From the human T2T-CHM13v2.0 reference genome, Homo sapiens: 64,000 nucleotides of DNA. Positions within the stretch are counted from its first letter, which is position 1; every line of letters begins with the position of its first letter. A program made the translations under genes and the position numbers. Shown one piece after another: positions 44,180 to 60,366 of the stretch. Location: assembly GCF_009914755.1 (NCBI RefSeq), contig NC_060943.1; one strand, given 5' to 3'. The notes beneath the pieces are model-generated. The model saw nothing but the letters and a program-made list of their open reading frames with translations. It had not been told where the DNA came from and did not search any database.

Positions 44180-44850
44180 CTGGGGGCCTTCCTGGGTCTG
44201 ACTCTGGGGGGGTCCAGCCTTGGGTCTGCTGGGTCTGGTGCCCTGGGGTCCAGGGGCTTTACCTCTGGGGTCTCCAGACTTCCTTGGGTCTGGAGGTAGA
44301 GATTTGGACTGGAAGTTGGAGTTTGGGGTCCCCAACCTGGTTCTGGGGTACATGAGCCAATTTCTGGGTCTAGCGTGTCCACGCCTCTCCTCTCTGGGTC
44401 TGGAATCCCTGGGCTTCTCCTCCCTGGGCCTTCTTAGATTTGGAGTCCCTGTGCCTCCCCTTTGTGAGTCTAGAATCCCTGGGTCCTCCTGGGTCTGGAG
44501 GTAGAGGTTTCAGTTTAGAGATTGGAATGCAGGGTCTCCATATCTTCTCAGCCCAGTTCTGGGGTACCTGGGCCTCTTCCTGGGCCACACCTCTCCTCCC
44601 TGGGCCTTCCTAGATCTGGGCTCCCTCTGCCTCCTCTTTCTGGGTCTGGAATCCCTGGGCCACCCTGGGTCTGGGGTCCCTGCATCTTGCCTCCCAGGTC
44701 TCCCTGGGTCTGGTCTCCTCCCCTCCCCTCCCTGGGGATCTGGTCTAGGGTCCCTGTGCCACCCCTCTCTGGGTCTGAGGTCCGTGAACCACCTTGGGTC
44801 TGGGTCCCTGTGTCTACCCTCCCCTCCCCTCCCAGGGTCTGATGTCCCCT
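44180..44850. repeat. Degenerate CCCTGGGTCTGG-rich tandem repeat in DOCK6 intron 44
   Basis: Recurring ctgggtctgg words plus a ~200-bp internal duplication (~44282 and ~44487). Confidence 0.7.
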
Positions 44851-44889
44851 CACCTCCCCACCCCCGCCAGGCCCAGGATCCCCACCCAC

Positions 44890-45126
44890 CTCCTCCCGGT
44901 GGCACACACGGATGCGAGTCTTGATGTAGGGGAAGGCGTGGTCGGTGCTGAGCAGCGTCTTACGCTTGTGTTGCTCGGGCAGCTCCCCGTGTGCGCGCCC
45001 ATCCGGCGTGAACGGCGTGCAGAACAGGAATGTGCGAAGCCCATAGTTGCGGTCAAAGTAGGTCACCCGGTCCTTGAGCTCGTAGGTATCAAAGTACGGT
45101 TCCACATACGTGATCTGGATGTAGGC
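44890..45126 (-). CDS. DOCK6: DOCK6 exon 44 ([13 protein letters not shown]...CHREE)
   Basis: gcgcccag|GCC ... GAG|gtgggt; 237 nt. Confidence 0.96.
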
Positions 45127-45394
45127 CTGGGCGCAGGGTCAGGTGTGAGGATCCCACAGCCCCAGCACGCACAGCCCAAGCCCTGTTCCTGGAGAGAGGG
45201 GATCTGGGGACTTTGTCATTTCCAAGTCTTCCTATGTCTGGATGTTTGGGAATCCCCTGAGGAATAGGTTTTGGGGTCCCTCAGTGAAATATGATTTGGG
45301 GTTTCCCAGAGAAAGAGGATTTGAGGGTCCCCAGGAAACAGCACTTGGAGTCTCTGTGAATCTAAGATTTTGGGGAAATGGTTGGGGGACCCAC

Positions 45395-45484
45395 CTTTTG
45401 TGAGTCAAGCTTGGACTTGTCCACAGGGTTAGAGTCTTTGATAATCTCAACGACGTCGTCGCCAAATCTCTCCGTGTAGAACTC
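45395..45484 (-). CDS. DOCK6: DOCK6 exon 43 ([30 protein letters not shown])
   Basis: gtctccag|GAG ... AAG|gtgggt; 90 nt. Confidence 0.95.
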
Positions 45485-45584
45485 CTGGAGACACAGGGCT
45501 GACTCGGGGCCACCCAGGGACAGCCCCTACTCCAGCCCCAAGGCAGCCCCATGCCCCGTTCCACCCCCAACCACAAGGACGTGC

Positions 45585-45710
45585 CTCCAGCCGGTGTGAG
45601 ATCTCTGCCAGCTTCGTGATCGATGGCTCCTTGTACACAAACTCCTGCTCATCCAGGTCACCGAAGTGGGCGCCGTAGAAGCCCACGCGGAAATACGTCC
45701 CGAACACGCG
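45585..45710 (-). CDS. DOCK6: DOCK6 exon 42 ([13 protein letters not shown]...ISHRLE), GC donor
   Basis: ccccag|CGC ... GAG|gcacgt; 126 nt. Confidence 0.93.
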
Positions 45711-46282
45711 CTGGGGCTGTGAGAAAGGGTGTGGTTGTCCGGGAGGCCCCTGCTGGAGGTCTCCCTGCCCCAGAGATAGGTGTCTCGAATATCAGGATGG
45801 GAGTGTGAGGACCCCGAGAACATCAGGGCATGGGCACAGGCAGGGGGCCCTGAGAACATTGGGGCATGGATTGCAATAGGAAGTTAGGACTGGGGCTGTA
45901 TTGTTTACGGGTGTGTCCCTAATGCCCGTGGGACAGGGTATACAGCAGGTACCCAATACATGCATAGATGGCTGAGGAGAGGGATGGCTGTCTCTCACTC
46001 TAGGATGGAGGCTCTGCCTCCTTTGTTCTAGGGCATTCTCCTTCCTGTGCCCTGAGGCCCACAAGAATGGGTATACAGTAGGTACCCCATAAATGCTTGG
46101 ATGGCTGAGGGAAGGGATGGCTGTGTCTCACTCTAGGACAGTGGCTCTGGTTCCCTTGTTCCATGGCATTCCCCTGCTCCTGTCCCCAGCCCTAAGTTTG
46201 GAAGAAGGAACCCCCTCCCTACCACCCTAAAAACACCACCCCATGACTGGAAAGGAAGTAGAATGGCTGGATGTTCACTTAC

Positions 46283-46880
46283 CAAGGCCGATCCGGGGAG
46301 GATGGGGCAGACATGGTGGGGCCAGAGGTGTGGGGGACAGAGAGACAATGTCATGGGAGAGGTCAGAGGTCAGAGTTCCCTCAACCCCCAGGGTCCTGGT
46401 TAACACTGCCCCGTGAGAATCATTCCGTGGGGGGAGAGATCAGAGACGGGAGGGGGGCGGGGGCGAAGAGGACCTGCCCTCCCCACCCAGCTCCCACCCA
46501 GCCTGCCTGCCTGGGCTCTGGGTTTCTGCCATCTTTGGCCAGAACATTCTCCCCAAACTAGGAGATGCCTAAAAATAGACCTAAGCAGGGAAGAAGCGGG
46601 ATTCGGGGGGGCTGGAGCGGGAGGACACATTAACCAGAAATGAGGAGCAGAGAGCCTGGGGGAGGCTGGAAGCTGGGTACGCAGGGAGAGACAGAGACTA
46701 AGAGACAGTGAGATACCAAGATAGGGAGAGCCACGTGATAGACTGGGGAGAGATGAGAAAGAGACCAAGAGACCATGAGGGAGTCAAGAGTCACCCCGCC
46801 ACCCCCCTGCAGTGACCAAGCTGGCCCTGGCAGAGGGAGGGGTGTCTCTGGAGAGCTCCCAGCTGGGTGAGTCACAAGCT
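46283..46880. promoter_or_regulatory. Candidate intragenic promoter/enhancer in DOCK6 intron 41
   Basis: MEF2 CTAAAAATAG 46569-46578, GC box 46454-46462, CATTCC 46421-46426, CACGTG 46732-46737, AP-1 TGAGTCA 46868-46874; outward-facing strong donors on both strands. Confidence 0.45.
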
Positions 46881-47081
46881 GCCCTCGAGATCTGGGGCGG
46901 GGGGTGGGGGCATTTTTGGGGAAGGGAGGGAAATAATGGGGTGGGTCCCTTGTGGCCACAGCCCCAGCCCCAAGGGCCAGCGGCCATGCTCCTCTGGTGC
47001 CCCCTGGTGTTCACTGATGGCTGCTGGCCAGTCATCACGGGGGTCCCAGAGGCAGGTGGCTGTCCACCAAGGCTGACTCAC

Positions 47082-47096
47082 CTCCCAGCCGGAACT
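47082..47096 (-). CDS. DOCK6: DOCK6 exon 41, 15-nt microexon (SSGWE)
   Basis: cttctcttccccacag|AGTTCCGGCTGGGAG|gtgagt; phase 0/0. Confidence 0.9.
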
Positions 47097-47187
47097 CTGT
47101 GGGGAAGAGAAGGGTCAAGGTCAGCAGATCCCTGGGGATGAGGAGTGGGGCTGAGGGTGGGGTCTGGGGAGGGGGTCCTGGGCCCAC

Positions 47188-47319
47188 CTGGTGCATGATC
47201 TTGGTGAAGGCCTCCTGCAGTTTGCCGTGCACCGCGGCCAGCTTCTTGTAGTCACGGTGGGCTTCCAGGATGGGGATGAGGTTCTTGTAGACCTCATTCA
47301 CCGCCTCGTAGAGCCCGCC
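47188..47319 (-). CDS. DOCK6: DOCK6 exon 40 ([12 protein letters not shown]...KIMHQ)
   Basis: accctcag|GGC ... CAG|gtgggc; 132 nt. Confidence 0.96.
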
Positions 47320-47529
47320 CTGAGGGTGAGGTGGGGTCAGGATTCCCCAAACTGTCTTCCTCTCTCCACTGTGCTCCTGTCTACCCATCTCCCTTGTGAG
47401 CCTCCGTGCTCCTACCCACCCTCCATCACCTCCTCCAGGAAGCCCACCCTGACCACCCCTATCCCAGATAGGGGTTGAGCCTTTCCACTCAGCTCCCACA
47501 GAGGGCTCCATGGTCTTCACTGCTACTTA

Positions 47530-51560
<4,031 letters not shown>

Positions 51561-51668
51561 CTATTCTCCTTCTTTCTAAATCCCCTGCTGGAAGGGTCTA
51601 GGAAGCAGATCTGATGGCACCTCCCTGGCCCGAGCCCCCTCTCCTGCACCCAGTCCCCAAGGCCTCAC

Positions 51669-51812
51669 CATGGTGAAGTAGCCGGCTGCCTGTTCCAGCA
51701 ACCCTACCAGCCCCAGCTCAGTGAAGTGCTTCCCGGAGCAGAAGCCCTCCTCGTCGGGCGACAGGATGTCGTCGGAGATGGCGGACTCCTCTAGCACATT
51801 GGATGAGATGTT
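51669..51812 (-). CDS. DOCK6: DOCK6 exon 39 ([10 protein letters not shown]...GYFTM)
   Basis: ccaccccag|AAC ... ATG|gtgagg; 144 nt. Confidence 0.96.
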
Positions 51813-51893
51813 CTGGGGTGGGAGAGGTGGCGTCAGACCCTGGTCCCCACTGCACTCGTGCCGTCCGCCACCTGCCAACCCCTGGCCACTCAC

Positions 51894-52086
51894 CTGGAAG
51901 GAAACGCAGCCCACGGGCAGGTGGCGGTGGTCCTCGAGCAGGGCGAGGTACTCAGCCACGAGGGCGGCCGCGTGCACCATGCACTGGGCGGCCTCGGCGT
52001 GGTTGCCCAGCTCCGCGTGCTTCCCGGCCATGTTCTGCAACCAGGTCAGCCGAAGGTCCGGTGAGCCCTGGTAGCCCCGGGCAATT
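51894..52086 (-). CDS. DOCK6: DOCK6 exon 38 ([16 protein letters not shown]...VSFQ)
   Basis: gactccag|A ... CAG|gtgagt; 193 nt; start of DHR-2. Confidence 0.96.
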
Positions 52087-52119
52087 CTGGAGTCCAGGTG
52101 AGGGGGGATGTGAGGAGGG

Positions 52120-54710
52120 GACTCACCTGGTCCTCCCCACCTGCCTCCCACTTGTCCATTCTCTTCACTGGTTACCCCCATGTCCGCCCCAAGGACCAGC
52201 CAATCTCCTCACCTGTACCCCATCCCCTCACTCATTCCCTCACCTGGCCATCCCTCATCTATCTCCCCACCTGTCTTCCCCTTCACCTATTTTCTTACCT
52301 GCTGGCCAGTCATCTGTCTTCACCTGTCTCCTCCCCTGCCTACCTTACGTATTCCTGTAGTCATCTTCCTCCTCACTTGTCCTGCTGTCTCCCACTGACC
52401 AGCCAGTCTCCTCACGTGTATCCTACTCACCTGTCTATCCCCTCACCTGTCCACCCCCTCACCTGTCCGTCCCTTCACTTGTCTATCCCCTCACCTGTCC
52501 ACCCTCTCACCTGTCCATCCCTTCACCTGTCTATCCCCTCACCTGTCCACCCCCTCACCTGTCCATCCCTTCACTTGTCTATCCCCTCACCTGTCCACCC
52601 TCTCACCTGTCCATCCCTTCACCTGTCTATCCCCTCACCTGTCCACCCCCTCACCTGTCCACCCCCTCACTGTCCACCCTCTCACCTGTCCATCCCTTCA
52701 CTTGTCTATCCCCTCACCTGTCCACCCCCTCACCTGTCCATCCCTTCACTTGTCTATCCCCTCACCTGTCCACCCTCTCACCTGTCCATCCCTTCACCTG
52801 TCTATCCCCTCACCTGTCCACCCCCTCACCTGTCCACCCCCTCACTGTCCACCCCCTCACCTGTCCATCCCTTCACCTGTCTATCCCCTCACCTGTCCAC
52901 CCCCTCACCTGTCCACCCCCTCAACTGTCCACCTTCTCACCTGTCTATCCCCTTACCTGTCCACCCTCTCACCTGCCCGCCCTCACCTGTCCACCCTCTC
53001 ACCTGCCCATCCCTCACCTGCCCACCTTCTCACCTGTCCACCGTCTCACCTGTCCACCCTCTCACCTGTCCATCCCTTCACTTGTCTATCCCCTCACCTG
53101 CCCACCTTCTCACCTGTCCACCTCTCACCTGTCTATCCCCTTACCTGTCCACTCTCTCACCTGTCCACCCCTCACCTGCCCACCCTCTCACCTGTCCATC
53201 CCTTCAGCTGTTTGTCCCCTCATCTGTCCACCCCTCACCTGTCCATCCCCTCACTGTCTCTTCACCTGTCCACCCCTCACCTGTTCATCCCCTCACTGTC
53301 TCTTCACCTGTCCACCCCTCACCTGTTCATCTCACTTGGCCATCCCTTCACCTGTCTCCTTATCTGTCCACCTCCTCACTTGTTCATCTTCTCATCTGGC
53401 CATCTCTTCACCAGTCCATCCCTTCACCTGTCTCCTTGCCTGTTCACCCCTTCACCTGTCTCCTTGCCTGTTCACCCCTTCACCTGTCCACCCCCTCACC
53501 TGTCTATCCCCTCACCTGTCCACCCCCTCACCTGTCCATCCCTTCACCTGCCCATCCCCTTACCTGTCCACCCCCTCACCTGTGCATCCCCTCACCTGTC
53601 CATCCCTTCACCTGTCCATCCCTTCACCTGTCTGTCCCCTCACCTGTTCACCCTCTCACCTGTCCATTCCTTCGCCTGTCTATCCCCTCATCTGTCCACC
53701 CCTTTACCTATCTACCCCTCACCTGTCCATCCTTTCACTGTCTCTTCACCTGTCCACCCCCTCACCTGTTCACCTCACCTGGCCATCCCTTCAGCTGTCT
53801 CCTTATCTGTCCACCTCCTCACCTGTTCATCTTCTCATCTGGCCATCTCTTCACCAGTCCATCCCTTCACCTGTCTCCTCACCTGTTCACCTCCTGACTT
53901 CTTTACCTCCTGACCTGTCCATCCCCTCACCTGTCTATCCTGTCACCTGTGTCCTCACATGTCCACCCCCTCACTTGTGTCCTCACCTGTCCATTTCTTC
54001 ACCCACTCACCTGCCTGTCCAACCCTTTTCCTGTCTTCCCACGTACCTGTCTCCTCACCCATCCATCCTACTCACCTGTCTCCTCACCTATGCAGCATCT
54101 CCCCGCTTCCTCTATTCACCTGTCTCCTCGCTTATCCAACCCCTCACCTGTCTATCCCTTCACCCCCCTGCCCCACCTTTTCATTTCTCACTTGACCCTC
54201 CGCTCTTGAGTTGACTCTACCTGTGGAAACTTGAGTCACCTGAACTCACTATTTCCCCTTCCTTGTGCACCATCTCACTTGTCTATCCACCTATCCCTCC
54301 CATATGCCCCACCTCCCCCATCTCCATCACCCGTCCGCCTCTCCTACACTCCTCAATGGGTCTACTCTCTGGATCTCATTTCCCTTCACCTGTAAGCACC
54401 TCACCTGTCCCCCTCACCTGTCCTGGCTCTCATCTGTCATCCTCATCAGTACATTCTCCTGGCATCCTCTTTACCTGTTTGCTCATCTGTTCTCTCCTTA
54501 CTTGTGCCCTCATGTCTGCTCACCTGTCCCCCTCACCTGTCTGCTCCCCTATCCCCCTTACCTGTCTGCTCCCCTGTCCCCCTCACCTGTCTGCTCAGCT
54601 GTCTGCTCACCTGTCCCCCTCACTTGCCTCTGTTAGGGACTGTATGCTCCCCTGCTCCCTCCTCACCTCCTTAGACATCTACTCTCATCCCTGTTCTCCC
54701 TGCACCTGTT
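52120..54710. repeat. ~16-bp minisatellite/VNTR (CCTCACCTGTCCACCC)n filling DOCK6 intron 37; regular core ~52426-53900
   Basis: Directly visible tandem array with a 48-bp higher-order unit and strong C/T strand asymmetry. Confidence 0.95.
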
Positions 54711-54751
54711 GGGGCGTGGGCGTGGCTGAAGGTGCCAGCTGGCCCACCTCA

Positions 54752-54889
<138 letters not shown>

Positions 54890-54969
54890 TTAGGAAGTGA
54901 AGGGAGCCAAGGTGGTGGGGTTGGGAGTTATATGAAGGGGAGGCGGGGCGGGGACCCAGCAGGTGTCAC

Positions 54970-55991
<1,022 letters not shown>

Positions 55992-56150
55992 TGAGCCACG
56001 GCACCTGACCCCCAATTGCATTCTGAGCCCTCCTCCTGCTCATTATGCTCAATGACTGTCTCCCCCTCCCTCACTCCCTGTATGGTTGAGACCCCACTGG
56101 CCACCCTGACCAGAGCCATGTGTGGACCATGCCTCCTAGCCCCCACTCAC

Positions 56151-56303
56151 GTGGCCGATCTCGAAGTTCTGTCGCATGAGCAGGTACAGCGAGGCGCTGG
56201 CGTGCGTGCGGATGGTGCTGATGCGGCTGCCACAGTGTCGTAGGAGCCTCAGGCACAGGTCGGCACACAGCTCCGTGTCCTCCTCGAACAGCAGCTCCGG
56301 GAA
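56151..56303 (-). CDS. DOCK6: DOCK6 exon 35 ([11 protein letters not shown]...FEIGH)
   Basis: gggggcag|TTC ... CAC|gtgagt; 153 nt. Confidence 0.94.
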
Positions 56304-56607
56304 CTGCCCCCAAGGACCCAGACAGACACTGTCCAGCCCCTCCCCGTTCTGGCTCAGAAGGGGACTGGCCCAAATGAGGACTGCTTGGGCAGGGGTTTGT
56401 GTTCTGTCCTCTTTGGCCAAGTACCACTGGGTTCGGAGTCAGACCTGGGTTTAAGCCCCTTGCTGTGTGACCCCAGGTGAGTGACTTGGCCACTCTGATT
56501 CTGCCTTCCTTCCACTGTAAACTGTGGCAAAGCAGTCAGCTCCATGGAGTTGCAGAGCACACAGTAAGTGCTCAATGAATGAGCTCCTTTTTTTTTTTTT
56601 TTTTTGA

Positions 56608-56724
<117 letters not shown>

Positions 56725-57083
56725 TAGTAGCTGGGATCTCAGGTGGTGTGTGCCATCCTCTCTGGCTAACATTTTTTTTTTTTTTTTTTGAGACAGGCTC
56801 TCACTGTGTTGCCCAGGCTGGAGTCCAGTGGCACGATCATGGCTCACTGTAGGCTTGACCTCCCGGGCTCAAGTGATCCTCAGCCTTCCGAGTAGCTAGG
56901 ACCACAGGTGCATGCCACCACACTCAGTTTATTTTTTTGTAGAAATGGGGTCTCACCGTGTTGCCCAGGCTGGTCTCGAACTCCTAGGCTCACATGATCT
57001 TCCTGCCTCAGCCTCCCAAAGTGCTGGGATTACAGGTGTGAGCCACCGTGCCTAGTCCTAGCTAATTTTTAATTTTTTTGTAG

Positions 57084-57422
<339 letters not shown>

Positions 57423-57527
57423 TAGGGTGGTTATGGGGAAAGGGAAGGAGAGGGATTATGGAGTCAGAGACCACAGGGCACTGCAGTTGGGCTCAGAGCA
57501 CAAGGCAGATGCTGGATCAAGCCCTAC

Positions 57528-57624
57528 CTGCACGATGATCTCCAGTGTGTCCAGAACCACTAGGCTTGCCTCGGTTGCCAGGTTCCCTTCCACCAAGGCC
57601 TCGTGTTCCATTTCATCCTTGGTC
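57528..57624 (-). CDS. DOCK6: DOCK6 exon 33 ([18 protein letters not shown]...IIVQ)
   Basis: cccttccag|G ... CAG|gtaggg; 97 nt. Confidence 0.95.
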
Positions 57625-57684
57625 CTGGAAGGGGAAAGGAGGTCTTGGGGGCCCACTCGGGGTGAGATCCTACTCCATGGCTGA

Positions 57685-58146
<462 letters not shown>

Positions 58147-58361
58147 TGATCTTGTGATCCGCCTGCCTCGGCCTCCCAAAGTGCTGGGATTACAGGCATG
58201 AGCCACTGCGCCCGGCCCATGCGCGGCTAATTTTTAAATTTTTGGTAGAGAGGGTCTTACTATGTTGCCCAGGCTGGTCTCGAACTCCTGGACTCAAGCA
58301 ATCCTCCTGCCTCGGCCCAAACTGTTCTGAACTCAGCAGACACCCTCCTGCCCACACCTAC

Positions 58362-58446
58362 TTGTCCACGCGGTCTGAGGTTTGCTTCCAGTGTGTGACG
58401 CTCTTCCGCCAGCGCACGTTCTCTGGATTCCCAAACGGGCTCCTCT
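58362..58446 (-). CDS. DOCK6: DOCK6 exon 32 ([14 protein letters not shown]...DRVD)
   Basis: cgtctcag|AG ... AA|gtaggt; 85 nt. Confidence 0.93.
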
Positions 58447-58775
58447 CTGAGACGCGTGGGTGCACGATCACAGATGCGTAAAAACACAGGGCACACGTGA
58501 ACATCAGGAGAAATGCACAGGCATGAAGATATTCAGGTGGGCTGACCCATGAGGGCACTGGGTGGAGCAGAAGCCTGCCGGGTGGACGCACAGGGGCAAA
58601 CACGAGTGACAGATGGGGACGCACAGGCGCATGTGTACGGTGATGATTTGTGGACTTCTCTCCAGGAAAAGTGAGGCAGAAAGTAAGCTAGGGATGGCCC
58701 CCTTCATGGGGTCCCCTTGACACAAGGTGGGAGCAGCTGGTGGGATGGGGACACGTGGGTATGTCACCCTCTTAC

Positions 58776-58902
58776 CACGACTTCGCCGAACCATTTCTTG
58801 TCGAGCTCCGATGGTACCCAGAATGGCTTCCTCTAGCCGCGCCTTCATATCCAGAGATTTTTTGAATGTGAGGCTGTTGATGCGTTCAAAGGCCTTTTTC
58901 CC
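58776..58902 (-). CDS. DOCK6: DOCK6 exon 31 ([10 protein letters not shown]...RRSR)
   Basis: cacccccag|GGG ... CGTG|gtaaga; 127 nt. Confidence 0.94.
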
Positions 58903-59371
58903 CTGGGGGTGCAGAGAACTGGGGTTCAAGGCTGACTCTGCTCTTTTCGGGGGGACCTGGGCTGGCCCCATCCCTTTCTTTGTGCTCTTTCTCACCTCCG
59001 GGCCCCTGTGCTTAAAGACAGATTGCCTTTTTCCTCTAAATTCTTAGCACTTACCAAAAAAAAAATTTTTTTTTTTTCTTGAAACAGAGTCTCTCTCATT
59101 CTGTCGCCCAGGGTGAAGAGCAGTGGCATGATCTTGGCTCATTGCAACCTCCACCTCCTGGGCTCAGGCAATCCACCTCAGCCACTTCCATAGCTGGGAC
59201 TACCAGCATGTGCCACCATGCTCAGGTAATTTTTGTATTTTTCGTAGAGATGGGGTTTTACCATGCTGCCCAGGCTGGTCTCAAACTCGTGGGCTCAAGC
59301 AGTTTGCCTGCCTTAGCCTCCTCAAGTGCTGGGATTACAGGCGTGAGCCACCGCACCAGGCCCTGTTTTAA

Positions 59372-59602
<231 letters not shown>

Positions 59603-59888
59603 TGAACTCCTGACCTCAGGCGATCCACCTGCCTCGGCCTCCCAAAGTGCTGGGATTACAGGTGTGAGCCACTGCACCCGGCCTCCACCTTCCAAATTCT
59701 ATTCACAAAGGCACTTCTGACTTTATTCCTTGCCTCAGCACAGAAACAGTCCACCCCTTTCCTCTCAGTCCCACAGAGTCCTCTGCACAAAGACAGTCCA
59801 CCCCTTCCCACTCAGCCCGCAGCACGCTGGGTCCCTGGGTACATCCTTAGCCTGCCTCCTCCATCATCTTCTGCCCACGCCCTCAAAC

Positions 59889-60071
59889 CTTGTACTCAAA
59901 GGCAGCCAGGCAAAGGTACAGCAAGTCCAACAGACGTCCCAGCTGGGGGAGTGTCAGGTCAGTGGCCCAGCGCTGCAGGAGCGCCGGCTCGGTGTTTTTC
60001 AGCACCCACAGCACACACGCCAGCAAGGTCCGGCTTGACTCAGCAGAGAGGGCACAGCCTGCGCGAGAAGC
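59889..60071 (-). CDS. DOCK6: DOCK6 exon 30 ([14 protein letters not shown]...FEYK)
   Basis: ggccccag|GCT ... AAG|gtttga; 183 nt. Confidence 0.94.
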
Positions 60072-60205
60072 CTGGGGCCAGAGAGGAATCAAAGTCAATT
60101 TCCATTTTCTCCATGTGAGATGAATCCTGGCCAATCTGTATCTTGATACATGACTTCTCTCATTCAAAGTGGATGATGTCTATGGGGACAAGCCTCCCTA
60201 CTCAC

Positions 60206-60366
60206 CGTTGGTGGCCCCTGGGAGATGCTGGCCCGGGAGCCAGGGGCTAGGGGGCCACCAGCAATGGCCATGGCCACAGAGGGGTTGATGGTACCCGCAA
60301 TGTCCCCTTCGCCTTCTGTGTCTGAGTCAAGCATTGAGGCCAGTCTTGACCGCTGACCTGGGCCCT
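60206..60366 (-). CDS. DOCK6: DOCK6 exon 29 ([13 protein letters not shown]...[11 protein letters not shown]...GPPT)
   Basis: tttccctgccag|AG ... ACG|gtgagt; 161 nt. Confidence 0.93.

Noticed and set aside
46283-46300. Active 9-nt alternative microexon equivalent to the DOCK7/DOCK8 linker
   Set aside because: No AG acceptor within ~97 nt of the donor; a decayed microexon cannot be excluded, but a first-exon reading fits better.
52098-54214. 599-, 403- and 292-aa plus-strand ORFs
   Set aside because: Translations of the C/T-rich VNTR, which lacks stop codons by composition; open in all three frames; low-complexity Pro/His/Leu/Ser.
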